Shown piece after piece: positions 48,479-58,596 of a DNA stretch of 64,000 bases. Numbering within the stretch: position 1 is the first letter of the stretch; each line of letters opens with the position of its first letter. The notes under the pieces are model-generated. The model saw nothing but the letters and a program-made list of their open reading frames with translations. It had not been told where the DNA came from and did no database searches. This DNA comes from a virus (lineage: Duplodnaviria > Caudoviricetes): positions 10,909 to 74,908 of IMG/VR virus record IMGVR_UViG_3300017913_002143; one strand, written 5' to 3'. Both the position numbers and the translations under genes were made by a program.

Positions 48479-48970
48479 ATGATAGAAGGTCACAAATTAA
48501 TTGAAGCACATTTCTGCAACAACGAACGCACTAGTATAGAAATATTCTGGCGGCACGATGATATTGAGAACCAAGAGTCGACTGTAAGAGTTGAATATTG
48601 TAAAGCTGATGAATCGGATGAAATGTATAACTGGCTATTGACTCAGATGTCAGTAGATGATCTACATGAGGCTACTTTTAAAAATATTAAAATTCAGGAT
48701 GAAATCTATAGAGAACAGGTTGTTGCTATAGCAAAAGAAGATGGTTTGATATTTGATGAAAAATCAGATGCTACAAGTACAGCTGCTCTATTAGCTAATG
48801 TGTTATTTAATTATGATCAACTCCATCAAAAAGAACTTTTGTTCCAGTTTAAGTTACAAGTGTTTGAGATGGATGAAGTTAGGAATGCAAGCTCAGCTGT
48901 AAAGTCTAAGATTCGAAAATCAGAAACTATAGTTGATGTTGTTAAGCACGTCATCAAACTCCTTGTTTGA
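48479..48970 (+). CDS. hypothetical protein
   Basis: Intact ORF ending the plus-strand run. Confidence 0.7.
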   Translation: MIEGHKLIEAHFCNNERTSIEIFWRHDDIENQESTVRVEYCKADESDEMYNWLLTQMSVDDLHEATFKNIKIQDEIYREQVVAIAKEDGLIFDEKSDATSTAALLANVLFNYDQLHQKELLFQFKLQVFEMDEVRNASSAVKSKIRKSETIVDVVKHVIKLLV

Positions 48971-49579
48971 TTGGTGTAAGAAGTAACACGCTGGAGTGTA
49001 TTGAGTTACAATTTGATCTAAGATATAATTCCACTGTATTCCAATATCAGTAAAAGGTACGTTATACTTTTCAATAATGTATGATAAGAACACCTCATTG
49101 TTTGGTTTATATAACCTATCTACATCACATTCATAGTACACTTTTTCAGCCTCACCATACCGTTCAGAAAACATAAGTTGATCAGCAGCTTGCTTATTCA
49201 TACCAAACACACCTGTGTTTATTATATTATGTTCACCTGCCCCATCTAACATGTACCGTTTGAGATTAATCTTCCAATCTGGCTTGTTTGTTCTGTGGCA
49301 ACAAATGTTGTTCAGATCATGTACATCAAAGAATGATTTAAGTCTTTTGGGTATAACATCTAGATCAAGATATAGAACTTCATCATAATCGTTGACTAAT
49401 TGTTCAGCAAGATGTATCTTGTAGAATTGTAGATCAACAAAGTTTAATTTTGTATCATACAGTCCATAGTCAGCGTTACAGAAGTAAGCATAGTCTTCGT
49501 GCTTTTCTGTAAGTATTTGTTTATAGTCTTCCCAATCTGGTCCTAGATCAGACCAGACACTAAATATTATTCTTTTCAC
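48920..49579 (-). CDS. GT-A fold glycosyltransferase-like protein
   Basis: YDEVLYLDLDVIP, INTGVF and WNY motifs; paralog of 49560..50369. Confidence 0.7.
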   Translation of the reverse strand: MKRIIFSVWSDLGPDWEDYKQILTEKHEDYAYFCNADYGLYDTKLNFVDLQFYKIHLAEQLVNDYDEVLYLDLDVIPKRLKSFFDVHDLNNICCHRTNKPDWKINLKRYMLDGAGEHNIINTGVFGMNKQAADQLMFSERYGEAEKVYYECDVDRLYKPNNEVFLSYIIEKYNVPFTDIGIQWNYILDQIVTQYTPACYFLHQSNKEFDDVLNNINYSF

Positions 49580-50369
49580 AATAATCTCTTACATAATCAA
49601 AATCTTTATTGATTGCATGTACCATCTTTGTTTTTGATGGTATGTATGATATGTCTCCTCTCATAGCATGGTGCCAATATTCATCAAGTGGTGTTAGCTT
49701 AACATTATTCTGTAACATCTTATAACTGAAAAGAGTTTCATTATCATATCCAAAATGATCAAAGCCACTCTCCTCCTTTACCTGATGCATGAACTCCAAT
49801 GTCTCAGAGAAGTTTTCAAAGTAGTTTAATTTTCGTAATCCCTGTTGACTTGCTAGAGTTATTCCAGTATTGTATACATCATTGCTTCCATCCTCTCCAC
49901 TGAATATTCTCATCACTCTACAGTTATGCCACTTTGCATATGGCGATCGATCACTCTGACCTTCTCGTCTGGTTAAGTAATGTTTTGGATCTTCTTCATG
50001 ATTGATCCTTACTGCTATGTCTGCATTCAGATCAAATATGTTTTCATCTGTGATTGGAATAACATCTAAGTCTAAGTAAAGTACATTATCATACTTTTTA
50101 GATAATTTATACATTAAATGTATTTTATAGAAGTTAACTATACAATACTCATTTACATAAGGATGATTGTTTAGGAACCAGTCTCTGTAGTTGTAATAAT
50201 TATCCTCTTGGATACAATAATAATCACAACCTATCTTATCTGCATACTCACGCTGCTTTGATACTAACCATTTGAAGTTATCAGCAAACTTATCAGCAAT
50301 GTATGTATTGTCACTTGCCTCTAGATATTTCTTTGGTACTTTAATGTATAGAGTGAATATAGTATTCAT
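49560..50369 (-). CDS. GT-A fold glycosyltransferase-like protein
   Basis: YDNVLYLDLDVIP, YNTGI, NETLFSY and MVH motifs. Confidence 0.7.
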   Translation of the reverse strand: MNTIFTLYIKVPKKYLEASDNTYIADKFADNFKWLVSKQREYADKIGCDYYCIQEDNYYNYRDWFLNNHPYVNEYCIVNFYKIHLMYKLSKKYDNVLYLDLDVIPITDENIFDLNADIAVRINHEEDPKHYLTRREGQSDRSPYAKWHNCRVMRIFSGEDGSNDVYNTGITLASQQGLRKLNYFENFSETLEFMHQVKEESGFDHFGYDNETLFSYKMLQNNVKLTPLDEYWHHAMRGDISYIPSKTKMVHAINKDFDYVRDYCEKNNI

Positions 50370-51055
50370 GAGCCAATTACCAAGAACCTATCATACTCAT
50401 TCCTCCACGATCTGGTGCCACTATACAATATTTCCTTGAGTGGTAGTGTACTAATAAAACGCTCGACAGAGTCATGACAGTTGATGTGGCTATCTATTTC
50501 ATAATAATTATTTGATTGTAATGCAACTATCTGGTTGGGATGTTTCTTTTTCAGAGCGTTATATAATTCATCTTCGTGAATGTGTTCACAGGCTGTACAT
50601 ATAGTAATCTTGCTGCTAGTATTTGTATTAGTACCACCCATTGGTTCACGATTCACATCCAACCCTCTATCATCTTTGTTGTAGATGTCAAGTCCATTTC
50701 CTGTAACAAAATGTATGTTATTATATTGAGCTAATCTATATCCATATTCCTCACATATTGGATCTAGATCATAATTTTTTATCTCGTTTGTAAATCCATT
50801 GTCAGCTAGTATGTGAGCCATCAAACCGTACCAGCCACCAATGATTTGAATACTACCATGTTCTTTTGTAATATATGGACGTAGCTCATTAGCTAACCAC
50901 AACTTGGATGAGAACTGGCCAGCGCTAACTGAATCCATAACATCTTTCATACGAAATAGATCACAGTCTGGATTGTATTGTGAGTCGGTGTATATGTGAC
51001 TGAGTAGATCTATAACAGAATCAAAAAACGATCGTGGAACGTATTGCATTATCAA
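50366..51055 (-). CDS. SAM-dependent methyltransferase-like protein
   Basis: IQIIGGWYG Rossmann loop; YDLDP; ICTACEH; LQSNNY. Confidence 0.6.
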   Translation of the reverse strand: MIMQYVPRSFFDSVIDLLSHIYTDSQYNPDCDLFRMKDVMDSVSAGQFSSKLWLANELRPYITKEHGSIQIIGGWYGLMAHILADNGFTNEIKNYDLDPICEEYGYRLAQYNNIHFVTGNGLDIYNKDDRGLDVNREPMGGTNTNTSSKITICTACEHIHEDELYNALKKKHPNQIVALQSNNYYEIDSHINCHDSVERFISTLPLKEILYSGTRSWRNEYDRFLVIGS

Positions 51056-51560
51056 ATGTCCTATAGAGTAGCTTCTGATCCCATACGTACCTGTCTACTC
51101 CTTTATACTTTCTTGTATAGTAGTCAATGTTTCTACTGAAGATATCCCAATACTCTGTGTTGCGATGAGATGTCCATGCCATGACTGAACTATTCAACAT
51201 TGTTTCGTATGCATGCTTTTCGTAATATAATTCACTCTTATGATCATCTGCAATAAAAGTTGGATATCTCCAATCTATGGATTCAATATATTGGAAAGGA
51301 TTAGCAGCGATGTCAATATCAAGATCAAACATGACGCAACGATCATTCAATACAAAGTCGTGTCTAAATACATGAAGTTTGTTCCACCATCTTATAAGTT
51401 TGGGTGAGTCAGGAATAGGTAAACATTCTATTATAACATTTTTTGGATCTTCTGTCAAGCAAAAAATTGGGTAATCAGCAAAATTTAATAATACTTCTGC
51501 TTGTCTATTTACATCTTCAGCTGTATACTTAGTGCCATGTTTTAATAATATAATATTCAT
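51021..51560 (-). CDS. GT-A fold glycosyltransferase-like protein
   Basis: LKHGTKY, CLTED, WWNKL..F, FDLDIDI and LNSSVM motifs; start re-placed at ATG 51560. Confidence 0.7.
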   Translation of the reverse strand: MNIILLKHGTKYTAEDVNRQAEVLLNFADYPIFCLTEDPKNVIIECLPIPDSPKLIRWWNKLHVFRHDFVLNDRCVMFDLDIDIAANPFQYIESIDWRYPTFIADDHKSELYYEKHAYETMLNSSVMAWTSHRNTEYWDIFSRNIDYYTRKYKGVDRYVWDQKLLYRTFDNAIRSTIVF

Positions 51561-51575
51561 ACAATATATAGTAGC

Positions 51576-52058
51576 ATGTTTAAAAGATACAATACAGATA
51601 ATGGTTATCACGATTTTTCTCTTACAAAGGTAGTGACCTTTCATAATCCAGATAGCTTAGCATATTATGAAGATCTTTATACAAAATTACAGCAGGATGA
51701 CTTTGGTGATATAAAAGTCCCCAGATTCACATTTAATGTAACAGATACGCAACTGATAATCAATTCAGAGTATATCAAAGGTCGACAATGGCAAAGTGAC
51801 GATTTGTGGCATAACTTTGACTTTGTTGCAAACAATATAGTATTCAAAGAGGGAAACTATTCGTTTACAGATTTTGCACCACATAATTTTATCATAGAGT
51901 TTAACACTAATGACATATACTATGTTGACTTTGAAGCATATGATGTTTGTACAATTGATGATCGGAGTAATTTATTACAACGCCAACGAAAAAATATTGA
52001 GGATCGTGATCCAGAATTGAAATCTTTTAGGAGACAGTCTAGGTTCAAAATGTTATAA
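51576..52058 (+). CDS. minimal protein-kinase-like (APH/Kdo-kinase-type) phosphotransferase
   Basis: KVP, SEYIKG, D-x4-N catalytic loop (TDFAPHNFII) and YYVDFE metal-binding motif. Confidence 0.55.
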   Translation: MFKRYNTDNGYHDFSLTKVVTFHNPDSLAYYEDLYTKLQQDDFGDIKVPRFTFNVTDTQLIINSEYIKGRQWQSDDLWHNFDFVANNIVFKEGNYSFTDFAPHNFIIEFNTNDIYYVDFEAYDVCTIDDRSNLLQRQRKNIEDRDPELKSFRRQSRFKML

Positions 52059-52061
52059 ATA
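52054..52061 (+). promoter_or_regulatory. late promoter for the fibre operon
   Basis: TATAAATA at the end of the kinase-like gene. Confidence 0.7.
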
Positions 52062-52105
52062 AAGGTAATTATCATGTCGAGTTACTTAGAATCGAGATTG
52101 GACAA

Positions 52106-52459
52106 ATGGCAGAGTACGAAAAGTTTACGATCGACAAAGGGTCGGATTTTGCATTACAACTAGAGCTTGTTGATCGCTCTGGCAATAAAAAAGACCTCAC
52201 CAATTTTAGCGCAGCCGCTAAACTCAAGCGCAATTACAATAGCGATTCAGCCGATACAACAGATTTTGCTGCAGCAATCAGTGCACCTAAAACTGATGGT
52301 ATCTTAACTCTTTCCTTGACAAACGGACAAACAGACGCTCTTAAAGTAGGCAACTACGTATATGATGTAGAGATCTCTTTCACTGACAGTAACAACGCTA
52401 CTGTGGTTGAACGTATCCTTGAAGGAAAGATGAGAGTTAACCCATCGGTGACAAGGTAA
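52106..52459 (+). CDS. small Ig-like virion protein
   Basis: IDKGSDF, DLT.FS, L.LT..QT..L..G.YVYDVEI and RILEG motifs. Confidence 0.7.
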   Translation: MAEYEKFTIDKGSDFALQLELVDRSGNKKDLTNFSAAAKLKRNYNSDSADTTDFAAAISAPKTDGILTLSLTNGQTDALKVGNYVYDVEISFTDSNNATVVERILEGKMRVNPSVTR

Positions 52460-52707
52460 TGGCAACTAGTACTACAACTTATATTAAAAAGATTACCGTC
52501 GGTGTACCAATTAGAAAGGTCACTGGTGCGGAAGCGCAAACACTTTCAGACATAACAGATGTTACATCATATGATTCTGTTGGACCTGGGCATCTATTAA
52601 TATTTAATGCTGCTACACAGAAGTGGCAATCAAATAGAGTTCTTGCAGAAGTAACTATTGTTGGAGGGGGAATAGGTTCAGTTGATTCTCCTGGAGGTGA
52701 CTTCTAA
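52459..52707 (+). CDS. small fibre-associated protein
   Basis: L.DI.DV....G.LLIFN....KW motif; coupled on both sides. Confidence 0.65.
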   Translation: MATSTTTYIKKITVGVPIRKVTGAEAQTLSDITDVTSYDSVGPGHLLIFNAATQKWQSNRVLAEVTIVGGGIGSVDSPGGDF

Positions 52708-54254
52708 TGGGTAGAATATTAATAAAAACCTCCAACAAGACCCCAAATATTACCCAAGCTCTCAATAACTCGAGAAAAATATTAGCAACAGGTGAATTTG
52801 GATACACATACACAGATGGTGATTCTGCTGGTGGTGATAGACTTTTCATTGGTGCTGGTGGCAACACAAGTGGTAGAGCAAATGAAGTTCATGTTGTAGG
52901 TGGTAAGTATTTTGTTGATATGCTTGATCACCCACAAGGTCAGCTTCACGAAAACGCGGCTATTATAACAGATGGTGATAAAAAAGTCAACCAATTAAAA
53001 GTTGACAATATTACTATTGATGGTAACTTAATCAATACATCAACAGGAAACTTAACACTTGATCCTGCAAGTGGAGTATTGGCTGTTGGTACGTCTCGTG
53101 TATCTGATGTTGTTGATCCTACAGCAGCTCAAGATGCTGCAACAAAGAATTATGTTGACACATTAGATCATACATTCTATACTGCAGATGTCAACGCTCA
53201 AGGTACAGGTAATGTAAGAACAGGAGCTAATGTACAGCTTCGTGGTACCTGGAACACAAATACTAGAATCAGAGATATCAGTGGTGAAGGTGTAAGAGTT
53301 GAAGTTGCATTAGACTCTGATGTGCTTGGACTATCCAGATTAACTGTTGACAATGTTGATGTCAATGGAAATACTATTACAACTACTTCTGGTAACTTGA
53401 CTCTGAATGGTGCAGGTGGTACAGTTGTTGTTAGTGGTAACTTACAAGTAAATGGTAACACAACAACAATCAACTCAACAGAACTTGTAATTGATGATAA
53501 GAATATTGTACTTGCATCAGGTGCTGCAAATGCAGATGCAGCAGACTCTGCTGGTATTCATGTTGATGGCGCAGATGCAAATATCTTCTATGAAGCGCTA
53601 ACAAACACATGGAACTTCAACAAAGATGTTAGAGCACCAAATATTGATGTTACAGGTAACCTAACAGTAAGTGGTAACGTATCTGGTAAGTATACTGGTT
53701 TTGATTCTGACTTTACTGCTAAGTCAACTACAGACTTGTCAGAAGGTACAAATTTATATTATACAACAACAAGAGCAGATTCAGACTTTGATGCTAGATT
53801 AGCTACAAAGAATACAGATAATCTAACAGAAGGATCATCAAACCTATACTATACAACCAGTCGAGTTAGATCAGACGTTGGAGGTGTAGATGCTGGTGGT
53901 GATGGATCATTCTCATATAACTCATCATCTGGTGTGTTTACATACACTGGACCAAGTGCAGCTGAAGTAAGAGCTCACTTCTCTGCTGGTGGTGATCTAA
54001 CTTACGATTCAGCTACTGGTAGATTCGAGTTTGATGTAGAGCAAGTATATACAAAAGCAAACTTTGATTCAGATTTACAGGATGTGTTAACTGCAGGTGA
54101 GGGTATGGACTTGACATTCTCATCTGGAACATTGACTGTAGCTGGTGAGAACGCAACAGCAACAAACAAAGGTATAGCAGCATTTGATTCAGCAGACTTC
54201 TTAGTCACAGCTGGCCAAGTAGAATTACGCACTATTGATTGCGGAACATATTAA
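52707..54254 (+). CDS. tail fibre protein
   Basis: GEFGY...LFIG N-terminus; [10 protein letters not shown]; repeated T..L.EG.NLYYT motifs; C-terminal IDCGTY. Confidence 0.8.
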   Translation: MGRILIKTSNKTPNITQALNNSRKILATGEFGYTYTDGDSAGGDRLFIGAGGNTSGRANEVHVVGGKYFVDMLDHPQGQLHENAAIITDGDKKVNQLKVDNITIDGNLINTSTGNLTLDPASGVLAVGTSRVSDVVDPTAAQDAATKNYVDTLDHTFYTADVNAQGTGNVRTGANVQLRGTWNTNTRIRDISGEGVRVEVALDSDVLGLSRLTVDNVDVNGNTITTTSGNLTLNGAGGTVVVSGNLQVNGNTTTINSTELVIDDKNIVLASGAANADAADSAGIHVDGADANIFYEALTNTWNFNKDVRAPNIDVTGNLTVSGNVSGKYTGFDSDFTAKSTTDLSEGTNLYYTTTRADSDFDARLATKNTDNLTEGSSNLYYTTSRVRSDVGGVDAGGDGSFSYNSSSGVFTYTGPSAAEVRAHFSAGGDLTYDSATGRFEFDVEQVYTKANFDSDLQDVLTAGEGMDLTFSSGTLTVAGENATATNKGIAAFDSADFLVTAGQVELRTIDCGTY

Positions 54255-54273
54255 GCCTTATTAGGATACGACA

Positions 54274-57200
54274 ATGGCAACACCAAAAGTACTCATAAAA
54301 CGATCTTCCGTTGCGGGGAGAATACCAACTACTGGTGATCTTGATTATGGCGAACTCGCCATTAACTTTCAAGATGGTAAGATCTATTACAAAGACGCAT
54401 CCAATAATATTAAGGCTTTTGTAGACTCTGCACGAGTCCAGGCTATTGCAGATGCTGTTGAAGTTACAGCTCAAGCCCAGCTAGACTCAGCTGAAGTAAC
54501 TTCACTTATTGATGCAGCATATATCCAAGCACGTCAAAACAATTTCTTAGATTCAGCACTTGCAATACAACTGATTGACTCAGCCTATGTTCAGTTAAGA
54601 CAAACACTTGTAGGTGAAGCTGGTGTTGACTCTGCTGGTGTTGTTACAATAATCAACACTACTGTTAATCAGTCATTTGTTAGAAATTTAGAAACACCAA
54701 ACCCAACATTTGGTAATGACTTTGTTGATAGTAATGCTGTTGAAGCAATTATTACTCAACCTTATGTTAGAAATTTTGAAACTCCAAACCCAACTCTTGG
54801 CAATGACTTTGTAGATAGTGGCCAGGTTGAATTAATTGTTGATTCATCATATGTTCAGAATCGTCAGATCAAATACACAACCGCTGACTTTGTAGACTCA
54901 GCTGGTGTATCAGATATTATACTTGGTGATGTAACAACATCATATGTTCGTGATCGTCAAATTAAATATACAACTGCAGACTTCCCAGATTCTGCAGGAG
55001 TACAATTAATTGTTGATACTAACTATATTCGTGGCAAGGCTGATTCAAATTATATCAAGACTGCTATTGATTCAGCATATGTTGTTGGGATAGCAGATTC
55101 AGCTTATATCAAGACAGTACAATATGGTGATGATGAGAAGTTAACATTTGGCGCAAATCCAGATCTTGAAATATATCACAACTCGACTCAAAATAAAAAC
55201 TATGTGTTAGCATATGGTGGTGGTAACATAACAATTGGTGGCCAGAATGTTATTCTTGGTGGTCTTGCTGGTACAACTACTAACCTGAAATCTACAAGCG
55301 GTGCTGGTATTGAGTTATATCACGGTGGCACTAAGAGACTAGAAACAAGTACTTCTGGTGTTGGTGTAACGGGTAAGATTACTGGATTGACAGATCCAAC
55401 AGCAAGCCAAGATGCTGCAACAAAATCTTATGTTGACGCAAAAGTTGCAAGTGGTACAGACTCGGCAACTGTAAGTGCTATTATTCTTGCTGATGTAGAT
55501 TCAGCATATGTAAGAGCAAGAGCTGCTGACCAAGAATTGTCTACTACAGATTCAGTATCATTTGCTGGGTTGACAGTTTCTGGTAACCTAACTGTCACTG
55601 GTACAACAACAGAAGTAAACACCGTTGTTTATACAATTAATGACCCATTGCTACACCTTGCAGATAGTAATGAGCAATCTGATGTAGTTGATATCGGTCA
55701 TATTGGACACTATTACCGTAACGGACAAAGACGGCATACTGGTATATTCCGTGATGCATCAAATGAAGAATACTATATCTTCAATAATATGGTTGACTCT
55801 GCATTTGATTCAGTACTTCCACCAAACGTAATTAATCGTTCTGCTACTGACTTTGAACTCTCCATATTGAATGTTGGAACACTTCGTGGTATCTATGCAG
55901 GATTTGATTCAGACTTTACACAAAAGTCTACAACAAACCTGAGTGAAGGATCAAATCTATATTATACAAAGACTCGTGTTGATTCTGATATATCAGCAGC
56001 GTTTGATGATTCTAGCAATACTGTTAATGTTACAATTAATAATTTTGTTACTGATACAGTTGATTCAGCTTATGTTCTTGCACGTGTAAATGATGCACCA
56101 TTCCTAGATTCAACTTACACAACAGCTTTGATTGATACAAATTATGTTCAAGCAAGGCAGGTCAAATACAATACATCTAACTTTACAGATTCAGCATTTG
56201 TTACTGGTCTACCAGTTAGCACATTTACTAATGATGCAAACTACTTAGACTCAACTACTGTACAAGGTGTAATTGATCAGACATATGTAACAGGTCTAAT
56301 TGATACTACTTACTTAGACTCAGCTGAAACAATTGCTCTTATTGATTCCGCTCATGTACAACTCCACGCACTTGATGGTGATAAATCTTTAAATGGATTA
56401 AAGGCACTTCAGTTCATTCATGATTCAGATGCAGCAACATATACTGTTACAGTTGCCTCTAAGGATGCCTCTCATCGTTATCAAGGTACTGGTTCAGGTA
56501 GTGGTTACAAGATTGATGGAACATTTGCTCCCACAATTGTAATGAATCCAGGTAACACATATCGGTTTGATCTGTCAGATGCTACTAATGGTTCTCATCC
56601 GTTATACTTCTATTATGATGCTGCAAAGACAACTCAGTATACTACAAATGTAGTTAATAACTATTCAAGTAATTCTGCGGGTAGTGCTGGATCTTATATT
56701 GAGATTACTATAACGGATGCAACTCCTCCTGTACTTCATTATCAGTGTGGTAATCATGGTTACATGGGTAACATGATATTCACCCAGACCCGTAATCTCA
56801 CAGGGTTTGATACAGATGATCTGACAGAAGGTTCAACTAATCTATACCATACTACAACAAGAGTCAACACAGCAATTGATAATAGAGTTGATCAGACCTT
56901 TGTTGATAACCTAGCCGTTAACTATAGCTCACTTACTGGCACTCCAACAATTCCAACATTGGGTGGTGACTTTGTTGATAGTGCTCAGGTTGAAGCAATC
57001 ATTGATTCTGCTTACGTTCAGTTAAGACAGTCTGGTGGTGAGATTACAATCCAAGAAGAAGGTACTCCTCTATCAACTGCCGCAACTACTCTGAACTTTG
57101 TTGGGTCAGCTGTTACAGCATCTGGCACCGGTACAACAAAAACAATTACAATTAGCCAAGCTGAAGGTGGTACTGACTCAGCAACTGTTGTATCAATTAT

Positions 57201-58587
57201 TAACACAACAGTTGACTCAGCTTACGTACAACTAAGAGAAGCTGCAGGTGGTGGTGCTGGTGGACTAGATTCAGCACTTGTAACACAACTAGTTGATTCT
57301 GCTTATGTTACCGCTAGACAGTCTGGTACAGTCAACATTACAGATGCTATCACTCAAACAGTATTCTACTATACAGCTGATTCTGGCCAGACAACATTCA
57401 CTGGTGCAGACGATGATGGTGGAACATTAGCATATACTACTAACAAAATAGCTGTATACATTAATGGTCTTTATCAACAAGAAACTGCTGACTATACGGC
57501 AACAAATGGTACTAGTGTTGTACTTACAGAAGCTGCTGATAGTGGTGATATCATTGCTATCGAAACTCTAAAGGGTTCAAACTTAACATCACAACCAATC
57601 TTCAGAAAAGTATATCACTATACAGCAACAAATGGTCAGACTGCATTTACTGGTGCTGATGATTTCAGTGACACATTAACATATAAAGCCGGTAGAGTTC
57701 AAGCATATTTGAATGGTATCATGTTGATTGGTACAACCGACTTTACCGCTACTGATGGATCTACTGTTAACTTAACTGTGGGTGCTGATAGTGGTGATAT
57801 TGTTTCGATTGAGAAACTTGATGGTACTGGCATGGGTATTGACTCAGCTGTTGCCAATACTCTAATTGATGCAAGAGTCACACAGTCATTTGTAAACAAC
57901 TTGAATGTTGATGCGGAAACTCTTGGTGGTCGTGATAGTTCATATCTCCTGAATTATAACAACTTTACTAATACACCAACCATTCCAACACTTGGAAACG
58001 ACTTTGTTGATTCTGATGAAGTTGTAACATTGATTACAGCTAATGCTATAGACTCAGCTGCTGTGATTGCATTAATTGATTCTGCCTATGTGCAGGCTCG
58101 TGAAGGTGCTGGTGGTGGCGGTACAGTTGACTCTGCAACCACAATTGCAATTGTTGAAGATGAGTTAGCAGTCTTCTCTGTTGGCGATCTAGTAGGTGCT
58201 GATGGTAATCCTGGAGACGCTTTGATAAGTGATGGTGATGGAACAGCTAGCTGGAATGGTAATGTAGCTCTTTCATATGAATTCAAAGTTAACTATGATT
58301 CATTAGGTGTCATCTCTAGCGTGTCAGATCTTCCAACAGGATTCACAGCTGACAGTACTGGTAGTACTTCAATCATCATTAGCCATAATACTGGACGTTC
58401 AGTTAAAGATATCAGTTACAACTCATATGTAAGTGGTACATTGAAGCTACGGCATCCTAGTAGAGATAGTGCTGATGTAGTAACATATGCTGTTGCTGAT
58501 CGCCTAAATAAGTTCACCGCAACAGTAGGTATTGCAAACACAGGAGCAGATGCAGATCAATACGCTTGGGTAAATATCACATTCTAA
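54274..58587 (+). CDS. long tail fibre protein with dense DSAYV-type repeats and a cupredoxin-like insert
   Basis: IKRSSV.GRIP...L.YGELAIN N-terminus; QDAATKSYVD; about 47 DS dipeptides; H...CGNHGYM. Confidence 0.85.
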   Translation: MATPKVLIKRSSVAGRIPTTGDLDYGELAINFQDGKIYYKDASNNIKAFVDSARVQAIADAVEVTAQAQLDSAEVTSLIDAAYIQARQNNFLDSALAIQLIDSAYVQLRQTLVGEAGVDSAGVVTIINTTVNQSFVRNLETPNPTFGNDFVDSNAVEAIITQPYVRNFETPNPTLGNDFVDSGQVELIVDSSYVQNRQIKYTTADFVDSAGVSDIILGDVTTSYVRDRQIKYTTADFPDSAGVQLIVDTNYIRGKADSNYIKTAIDSAYVVGIADSAYIKTVQYGDDEKLTFGANPDLEIYHNSTQNKNYVLAYGGGNITIGGQNVILGGLAGTTTNLKSTSGAGIELYHGGTKRLETSTSGVGVTGKITGLTDPTASQDAATKSYVDAKVASGTDSATVSAIILADVDSAYVRARAADQELSTTDSVSFAGLTVSGNLTVTGTTTEVNTVVYTINDPLLHLADSNEQSDVVDIGHIGHYYRNGQRRHTGIFRDASNEEYYIFNNMVDSAFDSVLPPNVINRSATDFELSILNVGTLRGIYAGFDSDFTQKSTTNLSEGSNLYYTKTRVDSDISAAFDDSSNTVNVTINNFVTDTVDSAYVLARVNDAPFLDSTYTTALIDTNYVQARQVKYNTSNFTDSAFVTGLPVSTFTNDANYLDSTTVQGVIDQTYVTGLIDTTYLDSAETIALIDSAHVQLHALDGDKSLNGLKALQFIHDSDAATYTVTVASKDASHRYQGTGSGSGYKIDGTFAPTIVMNPGNTYRFDLSDATNGSHPLYFYYDAAKTTQYTTNVVNNYSSNSAGSAGSYIEITITDATPPVLHYQCGNHGYMGNMIFTQTRNLTGFDTDDLTEGSTNLYHTTTRVNTAIDNRVDQTFVDNLAVNYSSLTGTPTIPTLGGDFVDSAQVEAIIDSAYVQLRQSGGEITIQEEGTPLSTAATTLNFVGSAVTASGTGTTKTITISQAEGGTDSATVVSIINTTVDSAYVQLREAAGGGAGGLDSALVTQLVDSAYVTARQSGTVNITDAITQTVFYYTADSGQTTFTGADDDGGTLAYTTNKIAVYINGLYQQETADYTATNGTSVVLTEAADSGDIIAIETLKGSNLTSQPIFRKVYHYTATNGQTAFTGADDFSDTLTYKAGRVQAYLNGIMLIGTTDFTATDGSTVNLTVGADSGDIVSIEKLDGTGMGIDSAVANTLIDARVTQSFVNNLNVDAETLGGRDSSYLLNYNNFTNTPTIPTLGNDFVDSDEVVTLITANAIDSAAVIALIDSAYVQAREGAGGGGTVDSATTIAIVEDELAVFSVGDLVGADGNPGDALISDGDGTASWNGNVALSYEFKVNYDSLGVISSVSDLPTGFTADSTGSTSIIISHNTGRSVKDISYNSYVSGTLKLRHPSRDSADVVTYAVADRLNKFTATVGIANTGADADQYAWVNITF
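54274..58587 (+). repeat. degenerate protein-level repeats (IDSAYVQ.R, PT.GNDFVDS, IKYTTADF.DS)
   Basis: Repeated motifs visible in the translation, with variable codons. Confidence 0.85.
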
Positions 58588-58596
58588 GGATTTGAA

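Noticed and set aside
37956-58587. DS enrichment as a by-product of selection for GANTC (CcrM/HinfI) sites, since GAY-TCN contains GANTC
   Set aside because: Many DS pairs use AGT, which gives no GANTC (6 of 11 in 46769..47464), and the enrichment is restricted to peripheral structural proteins. This points to protein-level selection.
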